A DNA stretch of 24,000 nucleotides from Vagococcus proximus. GTDB lineage: Bacteria; Bacillota; Bacilli; Lactobacillales; Vagococcaceae. Made by a program: the position numbers and the translations under genes. Location of the stretch: the NCBI RefSeq assembly GCF_029143285.1, contig NZ_JAPDSH010000006.1:41737-65736 (forward strand), in the 5' to 3' direction. The notes below the pieces were generated by a model that did not search any database, had not been told where the DNA came from, and was given only the letters and a program-made list of their open reading frames with translations. Positions 7,915 through 16,897 of this stretch are shown piece after piece. The first letter of the stretch is position 1. Each line of letters opens with the position of its first letter.

Positions 7915-10413
7915 ACGTCTATAGCCATTATTATAGTTCGTGTAACCATTATTGTAGGTATTATAATTGGTATAACCGTTCTTATAGCCATTATTATAGT
8001 TATTATAACCATTATTATAATTTTGGACCGGAGCCGGAGTTGGTGCAGGTGCTGGAGCTGGTGAAGTTACAGGAGGTGCAGAAGTAACGGAACCATAGGG
8101 GTTATTCCATGCATCTTTGTAATTGTCATCAGTACCACCAATACCAAATCTAAAGGTAGATTTTTCAGGTCCTTTTTTAGCCCAAAGTGAAGTGATTTCT
8201 TTACCAGGCGTTTGTTGTGTATAGCCGTTTGCTTTTACTTTACCAGGTTTTTGACCAGTAAAGCTAGAGACTTTTTCTTTTTTTACAGTTGTATCTAGTT
8301 TGAATTTTTTATCAATTTTAAATAGATCAGGATTTGTCATATAGGCAGCTGTCACTAGACGAGCCCAAAGTTCCTTATTACGTTTATCCCATTCTTTATA
8401 GAGAGGAGTATTATCATCGTACCCTATCCATGAACTGATTGTGACACCAGGTGTTGACGCGATAAACCAATAGTCTCTGAACTCTTGAGATGTACCAGTT
8501 TTACCAACCCAGTCTCCTTTGTGTGCACCGCTTGCCATTTCTTCCATATATTTCTTGGCATCCACACCAGTTCCTTTATTAACAACATCTCTCATCATAT
8601 CATTCATAATAGAGGCTGTTGCTTTTGAGTAGACTTCAACAGGTTTTACTTTATGTTCATATAAAACATTACCCTCACTGTCTATGATTTTATCAATCAC
8701 ATAATTTTCAGCATATTTTCCTTCATTAGCTAGAGTGGCAAATGCATTAGTTTGTTCTAGAACCGTTGGACCATAATCTGTTCCACCAACTGGAATAGAT
8801 TCGTATTTAAATTCTTTTTCATCCATAACCATATTCATTTTGTCGTAATAGTCTTTCGGATTCGCTACTTTAAGTAGCTCTTGGTAAAGTTCTACGACAG
8901 GTACATTATCAGATACGCGTAGAGCTTCTCGAACTGTTTCAAATCCAGTAGTTTTCTTACCAGAATAGTTTCTAAGTTTATGTCCATCACGGTATTTCCT
9001 AGAGTTGTTAGATAACATTGATTCACTACCAATTAATCCAACATCAATAGCAGGCGCATAAGCAATAAGTGGCTTAATTGTTGAACCAGGTGAACGTCTT
9101 GTTTGAGTAGCGTGGTTGTTTTGGTTTGAGTTGAAATCACGACCACCTACAAAAGCGATTACCCGTCCTGTTTGATTATCAATCATAGCACTACCATTTT
9201 GAATAGTCCCTCGACCATCATCAATTTTTGGTGCGTATGTTGCTTCTGCTTCTTGAAGAGCAGTGTATACTTTTTGGTCAATTGTCGTTTTTACAGTAAC
9301 GCCGCCATTTCGTAACTCTTGTGTTGCAATATCATAATAGCGCTGGAATTTAGCATCATTTTCTTCTACTTCTTTGCGTTTAAAACCATCAGCTTCATAA
9401 TAGATTGGCATTAATTTTAAAGCGGCTTCGTGAAACGCATATTGGTATAGGAAACTGCTTGTATTCGCTTGAATATTTTCTTGTGGTTTGAAGTCTTTAG
9501 TGATGTCATATGAAAGTGCTTCTTCGTATTCACCACGTTTGATAAAGCCTTCTTTATACATATTAAACAGCACATGATTTTTACGTTTTAAACCAAATGA
9601 TAGATTGTCTTCCTCTTTAATATCACCAGCACCATCAAATGGACTATATACAATGGGACTTTGGGGTAGTCCAGCGATAAATGCTGCTTGAGGTAGATTT
9701 AGATCAGCGGCTTTTTTGTTAAAAATACCAAATGCTGCTTCTTGAATACCTGCAATATTTTGTCCAGAATTATTTCTACCAAAAGGTGAAACATTCAAAT
9801 AGGCGGTAATAATTTCATCTTTTGTAAAATATTTTTCTGTTTTCAATGCTAGTAATATTTCATTGGCTTTACGTTTGTATGATGTTTCATTGGTTAATAC
9901 TTGTTGTTTGATTAATTGTTGAGTGATTGTTGAACCACCAGATGCGCCGCCAAAACCTGTTAAGTCAGATACGAGCGCACGAATTATTGCTTTGGGTACG
10001 ACACCTTTATGTCGTTCGAAATTTTCATCCTCTGTAGAGATTAAAGCTTGTTTAACTAAAGGTGATATTTCTTTTGATGCTGCCTTCGTTCTAAGTAGGT
10101 CAGATTTAATATCAGATACTTTTTCATCATTTTGGTAAGTGATTTTTGAAATCTGAGCGGAATTATTAATCTTTGAAATCAATTCAGATTTTGTTGGGAC
10201 GTTGGTATCTGATACTAGGAAAGCAAAATAACCTGCACCAATACCAATACCTAATACTCCTAATAATACAAAGATACAGATAAAGAAGAAAATAAGAGAT
10301 TTTAAAACCCCAAATATAACATTAAAGAGTGTTGCAGGGGAATCAATCACTGCTACTTTTTGAGACTGTTTGTCTTGTTGTCGATTTATTGAACGTCTTT
10401 TAAACATTGACAC
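7912..10413 (-). CDS. class A (bifunctional glycosyltransferase/transpeptidase) penicillin-binding protein with a low-complexity C-terminal tail
   Basis: GT51 motifs EDENFERHKGV, GGSTITQQL and RKANEILLALKTE. Transpeptidase motifs STIKP (SxxK), SDN (SxN) and KTGT. N-terminal cytoplasmic stretch plus one TM helix. GTG start at 10413 with GAGGTGG 7 nt upstream. Confidence 0.9.
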   Translation of the reverse strand: MSMFKRRSINRQQDKQSQKVAVIDSPATLFNVIFGVLKSLIFFFICIFVLLGVLGIGIGAGYFAFLVSDTNVPTKSELISKINNSAQISKITYQNDEKVSDIKSDLLRTKAASKEISPLVKQALISTEDENFERHKGVVPKAIIRALVSDLTGFGGASGGSTITQQLIKQQVLTNETSYKRKANEILLALKTEKYFTKDEIITAYLNVSPFGRNNSGQNIAGIQEAAFGIFNKKAADLNLPQAAFIAGLPQSPIVYSPFDGAGDIKEEDNLSFGLKRKNHVLFNMYKEGFIKRGEYEEALSYDITKDFKPQENIQANTSSFLYQYAFHEAALKLMPIYYEADGFKRKEVEENDAKFQRYYDIATQELRNGGVTVKTTIDQKVYTALQEAEATYAPKIDDGRGTIQNGSAMIDNQTGRVIAFVGGRDFNSNQNNHATQTRRSPGSTIKPLIAYAPAIDVGLIGSESMLSNNSRKYRDGHKLRNYSGKKTTGFETVREALRVSDNVPVVELYQELLKVANPKDYYDKMNMVMDEKEFKYESIPVGGTDYGPTVLEQTNAFATLANEGKYAENYVIDKIIDSEGNVLYEHKVKPVEVYSKATASIMNDMMRDVVNKGTGVDAKKYMEEMASGAHKGDWVGKTGTSQEFRDYWFIASTPGVTISSWIGYDDNTPLYKEWDKRNKELWARLVTAAYMTNPDLFKIDKKFKLDTTVKKEKVSSFTGQKPGKVKANGYTQQTPGKEITSLWAKKGPEKSTFRFGIGGTDDNYKDAWNNPYGSVTSAPPVTSPAPAPAPTPAPVQNYNNGYNNYNNGYKNGYTNYNTYNNGYTNYNNGYRR
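7915..8028 (-). repeat. imperfect tandem codon repeats encoding an Asn/Tyr/Gly-rich tail (NYNNGY-type units)
   Basis: The protein ends QNYNNGYNNYNNGYKNGYTNYNTYNNGYTNYNNGYRR. The DNA shows reiterated ccattattata/gtt and ataacc units. Confidence 0.85.
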
Positions 10414-10449
10414 GAATTTTCCACCTCGAAATCTAAAATATATTAGTTA

Positions 10450-10458
10450 ATTATAGCA
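10450..10458 (-). promoter_or_regulatory. candidate extended -10 element (TGcTATAAT) of the PBP gene
   Basis: The reverse complement of 10450-10458 reads TGCTATAAT, about 37 nt upstream of the GTG start. The -35 region (TAGGAA) is weak. Confidence 0.45.
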
Positions 10459-10460
10459 AA

Positions 10461-10484
10461 AAATACTAGTCATTCCTAGTATTT
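10461..10484. promoter_or_regulatory. perfect 9 bp inverted repeat AAATACTAG-N6-CTAGTATTT, a candidate operator over the PBP promoter -35/spacer
   Basis: The arms at 10461-10469 and 10476-10484 are exact reverse complements. The repeat lies immediately upstream of the TGcTATAAT element. The repeat itself is certain; the function is inferred. Confidence 0.4.
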
Positions 10485-10650
10485 GTAGTTGTTCTGTTTG
10501 ATAATAGAAGGATATTACATAAAAACTTAATAAATTGTGCAAAAATAGTAGGCAATAAGGTTGTTCTGTCTTAGAAAATAGCTTAAAGTTGTAGGGTAAT
10601 ACTAATCGATAATAATTTAAAATTAAATAGAGTGTATCGGAGGAAATGAA

Positions 10651-11538
10651 ATGTTAATAGGATCACACGTAAGTATGAGTGGTAAAAAAATGTTATTGGG
10701 TGCAGCTGAACAAGCAGCGAGTTATGAATCAAGTACGTTTATGATTTATACAGGGGCACCTCAAAATACAAGACGTAAAGCAATAGAAGATATGAATATT
10801 GAAAAGGGTCAATTAATGATGAAAGAAGCTGGACTTTCAGACATGGTGGTTCACGCTCCTTACATTATTAACTTAGGAAATACAATTAAACCAGAGAATT
10901 TTCCTTTTGCCACTCAATTTCTAAGAGAAGAGATTGCACGTGCAGAAGCATTAGGTGCGACACAAATTACAATGCATCCAGGTGCACACGTCGGAGCAGG
11001 TCCAGAAGCAGGGATTGCTCAAATTGTTAAAGGGTTAAATGAAGTCCTGACTGAAGATCAAATTCCACAAATCGCTCTTGAGACAATGGCAGGAAAGGGA
11101 ACTGAAATCGGTCGTACATTTGAAGAAATTGCTGCCATTATTGAGGGTGTAACACTTAAAGATAAATTATCAGTAACGTTAGATACGTGTCACATCCACG
11201 ATGCAGGTTATGATGTAACAGACTTTGATGCAGTGTTAGATGAATTTGACCGTGTAATTGGGTTAGATAAATTGAAAGTCATTCACGTTAATGATTCCAA
11301 AAATGTTCGTGGTGCGCATAAAGACCGTCATGCTAACATTGGCTTTGGTGAAATTGGCTTTGAGCCACTAAATAAAATAGTTCATCATCCCAAATTAGAA
11401 AACTTACCTAAGATTTTAGAAACACCATACGTTGGTGAAGATAAAAAGACAGCTAAGGCTCCATACAAACATGAAATCGCAATGTTACGTTCAGGTGTTT
11501 TCAATGAAAATCTGTTAGAAGACATTGCTAACGCTTAA
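10651..11538 (+). CDS. nfo: deoxyribonuclease IV (endonuclease IV, AP endonuclease)
   Basis: MLIGSHVS..., [33 protein letters not shown] and HVNDSKN (the Nfo metal-ligand motifs). GGAGG lies 7 nt upstream. Confidence 0.95.
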   Translation: MLIGSHVSMSGKKMLLGAAEQAASYESSTFMIYTGAPQNTRRKAIEDMNIEKGQLMMKEAGLSDMVVHAPYIINLGNTIKPENFPFATQFLREEIARAEALGATQITMHPGAHVGAGPEAGIAQIVKGLNEVLTEDQIPQIALETMAGKGTEIGRTFEEIAAIIEGVTLKDKLSVTLDTCHIHDAGYDVTDFDAVLDEFDRVIGLDKLKVIHVNDSKNVRGAHKDRHANIGFGEIGFEPLNKIVHHPKLENLPKILETPYVGEDKKTAKAPYKHEIAMLRSGVFNENLLEDIANA

Positions 11539-11648
11539 TCACATAAAAACAATGTTATAATTTCTAAGTTTTAACTTTCCATTTGATGGCTTTTTTAGTA
11601 CAATTAATTAGTAAGTCACAATGAGTTTAAAGGAAGGAGAGTAAAAAA

Positions 11649-11882
11649 ATGAGCACAGGTTTAGTTATTTTATTAGTTATCTTAGCGTTAATTATTGGTG
11701 CAGTAGCAGGATTCTTCCTTGCACGTAAATATATGGAAGACTATTTGAAAAAAAATCCTCCCGTTAATGAGGATATGTTGCGTATGATGATGATGCAAAT
11801 GGGACAAAAACCATCTGAGAAAAAAATTCGTCAAATGGCACAAAGTATGAAAAATCAAGCCTCTAAACCAACTAAAAAATAG
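11649..11882 (+). CDS. yneF: UPF0154/YneF-family small membrane protein
   Basis: 77 aa with a single N-terminal TM helix, then [35 protein letters not shown], the characteristic YneF core. Confidence 0.85.
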   Translation: MSTGLVILLVILALIIGAVAGFFLARKYMEDYLKKNPPVNEDMLRMMMMQMGQKPSEKKIRQMAQSMKNQASKPTKK

Positions 11883-11902
11883 TTGGCTTAGTTTAGTAGA
11901 TT

Positions 11903-11937
11903 AAAAAACGGGTAGATTACGTCTATCCGTTTTTTCT
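11903..11937 (+). terminator. rho-independent terminator after yneF
   Basis: A-run, stem CGGGTAGA (11909-11916), loop TTACG, stem TCTATCCG (11922-11929, one G-U pair), then TTTTTTCTTT. Confidence 0.75.
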
Positions 11938-11972
11938 TTATCCTAAAAACAGGTAAAGGAGTGAAAGATAGA

Positions 11973-13730
11973 ATGAGTATTTTTAAAAAATTAGGCTGGT
12001 TCTTTAAACAAGAACGAAAAGCTTACATTATAGGTGTTACATCGTTGATTTTAGTTTCTTTTCTACAAATCATTTCACCGCGTGTAATTGGGTTAGTTAT
12101 TGATGAAATCAGTGTTGGGAAGTTAACGATTCGTCGACTTATTATGTGGATTGGTTTATTAGTGATCGTAGGTATTTTACAATATTTACTGCGCTATATC
12201 TGGCGTACTAATATTTGGGGAAGTGCGGCTAAGCTTGAAAAAAATATGAGACGTCAACTGTTCCATCATTTTACAGAGATGGATAATCAGTTTTATCAAA
12301 AATACCGTACAGGGGATTTGATGGCTCATGCTACTAATGACTTGACGGCTATTCAAAATGTGGCAGGAGCAGGTATTCTAACATTTGCTGATTCAATGGT
12401 GAATGGTGGAGTAACCATCTTGGCGATGATTTTCTTTGTCGATTGGCGTCTAACGTTAATCGCTTTAATCCCGCTACCATTATTAGCCTTTACTTCTAGA
12501 AAATTAGGGAGTAAATTACATGATGCTTTTAAAGTACAACAAGAGGCTTTTTCAAGTATCAATGATAAAGCTCAAGAAAGTATTACGGGTATTAAAGTAA
12601 TTAAAACGTTTGGGCAAGAAAAAGAAGATATCGAAGAGTTTGATTCGAAAATTAGTGACGCTATTGGCAAGATAAAAAAAGTCATGCGTTTAGATTCACT
12701 ATTTGATCCACTTATCACGTTAATTATTGGGCTCTCTTATATTTTAACAATTATTGTAGGAAGTCGTTTTATTATGTCTGGTGATATTACTATCGGACAG
12801 TTGATTACCTTTATTGATTATATTTCAATGTTAATCTGGCCAATGTTTGCGATAGGTCGTTTATTTAATGTTATGGAAAAAGGAAATGCGAGTTATGACC
12901 GTGTTCAAGAATTACTAGCAGAACGTTCAACTATTATCGAACCTGCTGATGCGATTAAAGCGCCAGCTAAGGGGGATTTAGCGATTAATATTGAAAGATT
13001 TAGCTACGATAAGTCAGAGCATGCGACATTAAAAGACATTGCTGTCCATTTATCTGAAGGTCACACATTAGGTGTAGTAGGTAAGACTGGTGCAGGTAAG
13101 ACAACACTTCTTAAATTAATTATGCGTGAATATGACGAGTATAAAGGAAGTATTACTTTTGGCGAGACGGATATCAGACAGTATTCATTTGATTCTATTT
13201 TAAATGCTGTTGGGTATGTCCCACAAGACCATTTCCTATTCTCGATGACCATTCGTGATAACATTCGTTTTGGTGAACCTAGAGCGACGCAAGCACAAGT
13301 AGAGGCTGCTGCAGAATTGACAGCAGTTCACTCAGATATTGAAGGGATGCCAGAAGGTTACGACACGATGGTAGGAGAACGAGGTGTGTCATTATCTGGA
13401 GGACAAAAACAACGACTGTCAATCGCTAGAGCGGTTATTACAGAACCAGAACTTTTAATTTTAGATGATGCACTATCAGCTGTAGACGCTAAGACGGAAG
13501 AAAAAATCTTACGTCATCTAAAAGAAGAACGTCAGAACAAAACAACGATTATTGCCGCTCACCGTATAAGTAGTGTGATGCATGCAGAAGAAATTATCGT
13601 GATAGATGAGGGTGCTATTATTGAACGAGGCACTCATCAAGAGTTATTAGCATTAAATGGTTGGTATACGAAAATGTATGAACAGCAACAATTAGAAAGT
13701 AAAATTGAAGGAGGTAGCACCGATGAGTAA
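11973..13730 (+). CDS. ABC exporter half-transporter (TMD-NBD), the subunit carrying the degenerate Walker B/catalytic site
   Basis: Six TM helices plus an NBD. Walker A GKTGAGKTT, canonical signature LSGGQKQR, Walker B LLILDD-A (Asp at 13467-13469 where the catalytic Glu is expected), H-loop AAHR. The ATG at 11973 is preferred over the GTG at 11961, which overlaps the SD. Confidence 0.9.
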   Translation: MSIFKKLGWFFKQERKAYIIGVTSLILVSFLQIISPRVIGLVIDEISVGKLTIRRLIMWIGLLVIVGILQYLLRYIWRTNIWGSAAKLEKNMRRQLFHHFTEMDNQFYQKYRTGDLMAHATNDLTAIQNVAGAGILTFADSMVNGGVTILAMIFFVDWRLTLIALIPLPLLAFTSRKLGSKLHDAFKVQQEAFSSINDKAQESITGIKVIKTFGQEKEDIEEFDSKISDAIGKIKKVMRLDSLFDPLITLIIGLSYILTIIVGSRFIMSGDITIGQLITFIDYISMLIWPMFAIGRLFNVMEKGNASYDRVQELLAERSTIIEPADAIKAPAKGDLAINIERFSYDKSEHATLKDIAVHLSEGHTLGVVGKTGAGKTTLLKLIMREYDEYKGSITFGETDIRQYSFDSILNAVGYVPQDHFLFSMTIRDNIRFGEPRATQAQVEAAAELTAVHSDIEGMPEGYDTMVGERGVSLSGGQKQRLSIARAVITEPELLILDDALSAVDAKTEEKILRHLKEERQNKTTIIAAHRISSVMHAEEIIVIDEGAIIERGTHQELLALNGWYTKMYEQQQLESKIEGGSTDE

Positions 13731-15513
13731 TCAAAATCAGACAAATGAAAATGCCTGGTCTAAATCAATACCAGTCAAAGAGCAAGTGACGATTGTTAAA
13801 CGATTATTACACTATGCGACTCCTTTTAAATGGCAATTTATAATATCTATCGTGTTATCTATTGTGTTGTCTATTGTTAATATTATGATGCCTAAAATTA
13901 TCCAAGTCTTAATTGATGGGTATTTAAAACCTCAGAGTGCAACGGCACAAATTGTATTATATTTTGCCTTGTTATACTTGGTTGCAACTATGGTTAAAGC
14001 TTTTATTTGGTTCTTTCAACTGTACTTGTATTCTGTAGCGTCGACGAATACATTTCAACATATTAGAAGTCAGCTGTTTAAAAAAGTTCAGTCAATGGGT
14101 ATGCGTTATTTTGATCAAACACCAGCAGGTTCTATAGTGTCTAGAGTAACGAATGATACGGAGTCGTTATTTGATTTCTGGTATGTTTTCTTATACGTCT
14201 TAACTGGAATTTTCAGTGTGACAACATCTGTTATTGCGATGTACACGATTAGTCCAACGCTAGCTGGACTAGCACTGTTATTTTTACCTGTTTTATTATT
14301 AGTGATTTGGTTTTACCAAAAATTCAGCTCACGTGTTTACCGTAATATGCGTGAAAAGTTAAGTCAGTTGAATACTAAGTTAAACGAATCAATTTCAGGT
14401 ATGAGTATTATCCAGCAGTTTAGACAAGAGAAACGTTTAGAAGAAGAGTTTGAAAAGACAAATGATGAGTATTTAAAAACACGTTTCCAAATGATTAAGA
14501 CAAACTCATTGCTTTTAGCACCAATTATTAACTTATTAGTTGCTTTGGCGATTGCTATGGTACTAGGGTATTTTGGCTATTCATCTCTGACGCAACCTTT
14601 AGAAGTTGGGCTGATTTTTGTCTTTATTTCTTATGTTCGTGCGTTCTTCCAACCTATGATTAACATGATGGATTCTCTAAGTGTCTTTCAAGATGGAATG
14701 GTAGCAGGAAGTCGTATCCTTAAAATTATGGATTATGACGAATTAGCACCTAGTCAAAATCCCGATGCAAGTGAAGAAATTGTAGAAGGTAAGATCGAGT
14801 TTCGTAATGTGAGCTTCTCTTACGATGGTAAACATAACGTCTTAAATAACATTAGCTTTGTCGCAAATCCAGGTGAAACAGTGGCCTTAGTAGGTCATAC
14901 AGGAAGTGGTAAAAGTTCCATTATAAATGTGATGATGCGTTTTTATGAATTTTATGAAGGCGAAATCTTAATCGATGATCGTGATATTAGAGAGTACCCG
15001 ATTGAGGAGCTTCGCCGCAAGATGGGGTTGGTTTTACAGGATGCCTTTATGTTTTATGGTGATATCTCAGGCAATATTCGGTTATTAGATAAAACGATTA
15101 CTGATGAGGAAATTAAAGCGGCGGCTGAATTTGTTCAAGCTGATAAGTTTATTGAATCATTACCGGGTGGTTATCATGCAAAGGTTATTGAGCGTGGTGC
15201 AAGTTATTCTAGTGGACAACGTCAATTGATTTCATTTGCTAGAACGATTGTAACGGATCCTAAGATTTTAGTTTTAGATGAAGCAACAGCTAATATTGAT
15301 ACAGAGACAGAAGGTTTAATTCAAGAAGGCTTGAAACGGATGCGTAAAGGTCGGACGACTTTAGCAATTGCTCACCGTTTATCAACTATTCGTGATGCGG
15401 AATTGATTTTAGTCTTAGAAAAAGGCTCAATCGTAGAACGTGGTAATCATGATGAATTGATTGAACAAGAAGGATTGTACTACGATATGTACCGTCTACA
15501 AAAAAGCGAATAA
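13723..15513 (+). CDS. ABC exporter half-transporter (TMD-NBD), the partner subunit with a canonical Walker B and a degenerate signature
   Basis: Walker A GHTGSGKSS, Walker B ILVLDEAT (Glu at 15280-15282), signature YSSGQRQ (15205-15225) instead of LSGGQ. AAGGAGG lies 8 nt before the ATG at 13723. There is an 8 nt overlap (ATGAGTAA) with the upstream gene. Confidence 0.9.
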   Translation: MSNQNQTNENAWSKSIPVKEQVTIVKRLLHYATPFKWQFIISIVLSIVLSIVNIMMPKIIQVLIDGYLKPQSATAQIVLYFALLYLVATMVKAFIWFFQLYLYSVASTNTFQHIRSQLFKKVQSMGMRYFDQTPAGSIVSRVTNDTESLFDFWYVFLYVLTGIFSVTTSVIAMYTISPTLAGLALLFLPVLLLVIWFYQKFSSRVYRNMREKLSQLNTKLNESISGMSIIQQFRQEKRLEEEFEKTNDEYLKTRFQMIKTNSLLLAPIINLLVALAIAMVLGYFGYSSLTQPLEVGLIFVFISYVRAFFQPMINMMDSLSVFQDGMVAGSRILKIMDYDELAPSQNPDASEEIVEGKIEFRNVSFSYDGKHNVLNNISFVANPGETVALVGHTGSGKSSIINVMMRFYEFYEGEILIDDRDIREYPIEELRRKMGLVLQDAFMFYGDISGNIRLLDKTITDEEIKAAAEFVQADKFIESLPGGYHAKVIERGASYSSGQRQLISFARTIVTDPKILVLDEATANIDTETEGLIQEGLKRMRKGRTTLAIAHRLSTIRDAELILVLEKGSIVERGNHDELIEQEGLYYDMYRLQKSE

Positions 15514-15544
15514 AAAAAGTGTTCCCAATTGGGAACACTTTTTA
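15511..15544. terminator. bidirectional terminator shared by the ABC pair and the convergent MATE gene
   Basis: A7, stem AAGTGTTCCC (15517-15526), loop AATT, stem GGGAACACTT (15531-15540), T-run. The MATE stop codon (15542-15544) overlaps the T tract. Confidence 0.85.
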
Positions 15545-16897
15545 TTTTTGAACGATAGTTGATTTGGTACGCCAGACACCTGATTTCCACCGGTAAATCA
15601 TTAAGAAACTCCGGAGTATTTCATCGATAGAGTAGGCAATCCACACGCCGACTAAACCAAGACCAGCTTTAATAGCTAGACCATAAGAAAATGGTAAGCT
15701 AATTACCCAAAGTACCATTAAACTTGCGAATAATGGGAATTTAACATCGCCAGAGGCATTAAGTGCATTTACCATGACCATGTTAATTGAGCGAGCTGCT
15801 TCAAGTAAGATATCCACTAAGAAGACCCATTTCGCAATTTCGATAACTTCAGGATTGGTTGTGAAGATACCCATGATTGGTTCAATGAAGATGAATGTTA
15901 AAATACTAATCACAAGTGAGCAACATGTCGCGATAACAATTGTACGAATACCACGTGTGTAGGCATCATCTAATTCACGAGCGCCAACTTTACGTCCAAT
16001 CATGATTTGATTTCCTTGTGCTAATGAATTAGCAATCAAGTAGACAAATTGTGTAATTGCAGTGATATATGATTTAGCAACTAGGACACTTTGACCAAGA
16101 GAAGCTACAATCATCGTCACGACGATTTGAGCAGCTTGATATGAGAACGCTTCACCTGATGACGGCAGACCTAGTGTTAGAATACTCTTGATATAAGGGA
16201 CTGAGAATAATTTCGGATGCGTTTTTAAAATATTGTATTTAACATGCTTGATAAGCAAACGAGAGGCAATGATTAAGCCCATTGTATTTCCGAAAACACT
16301 TGCCCAAGCTAAGCCATTTACTCCAAAGTTTGGTAAGCCGAATGGGCTATACAAGGCAAAGTAATTTCCAATAACAGCTAAAATACTTGATGTCATCGGA
16401 ATGAGTAAAGCTGGACGAGTTAGTCCATGACTTCTTAAAACAGCAACAATTGTGGCTGTAATCGAAGAGATGAATAAGCTTCCTCCGTAGACTTGAATGT
16501 AGCCTTTTCCGATGTTAACCAAATCAGCATCAAGATTCATAAATTGAAGCAACTGACTTGGGAATAGGATAAAGACTAAACTGATTGTCGCCCCAATTGC
16601 AACAGAACCGAATAGAGCAGTTGTGATAACTGTTGGAATTTCTCCTCGTCGTTTTGCCCCGATTAATTGAGCAATGATGATTTGAGTTCCGACAGTGATA
16701 AAGCCGTAGACAAAAACGGACAAGTTAAGAAGCTGGTTCGCTGCCCCAACGGCTGCAACCGCAGGCTCAGAGTGACTGGAAATCATAAAGACATTGATAT
16801 TACCGATAATAACACGTAGAAAAATCTCTACAAAAATAGGCCAACTTAAAAATATCAGTTCTTTATCCGAGATATTTAGTTTGAATTTAGATGGCAT
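15542..16897 (-). CDS. MATE-family efflux transporter
   Basis: 451 aa with about 12 TM helices and a two-fold internal repeat organisation typical of MATE/NorM proteins. GGGAGG lies 6 nt upstream of the ATG. Confidence 0.85.
   Translation of the reverse strand: MPSKFKLNISDKELIFLSWPIFVEIFLRVIIGNINVFMISSHSEPAVAAVGAANQLLNLSVFVYGFITVGTQIIIAQLIGAKRRGEIPTVITTALFGSVAIGATISLVFILFPSQLLQFMNLDADLVNIGKGYIQVYGGSLFISSITATIVAVLRSHGLTRPALLIPMTSSILAVIGNYFALYSPFGLPNFGVNGLAWASVFGNTMGLIIASRLLIKHVKYNILKTHPKLFSVPYIKSILTLGLPSSGEAFSYQAAQIVVTMIVASLGQSVLVAKSYITAITQFVYLIANSLAQGNQIMIGRKVGARELDDAYTRGIRTIVIATCCSLVISILTFIFIEPIMGIFTTNPEVIEIAKWVFLVDILLEAARSINMVMVNALNASGDVKFPLFASLMVLWVISLPFSYGLAIKAGLGLVGVWIAYSIDEILRSFLMIYRWKSGVWRTKSTIVQK

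Noticed and set aside
11896-11919. A direct repeat GTAGATTA (11896-11903 and 11912-11919) that might form an antiterminator competing with the yneF terminator.
   Set aside because: The first copy could pair with only about 5 nt of the 3' arm and lacks the GC-rich base of the terminator stem. The alternative structure would be much weaker and is not a convincing switch.
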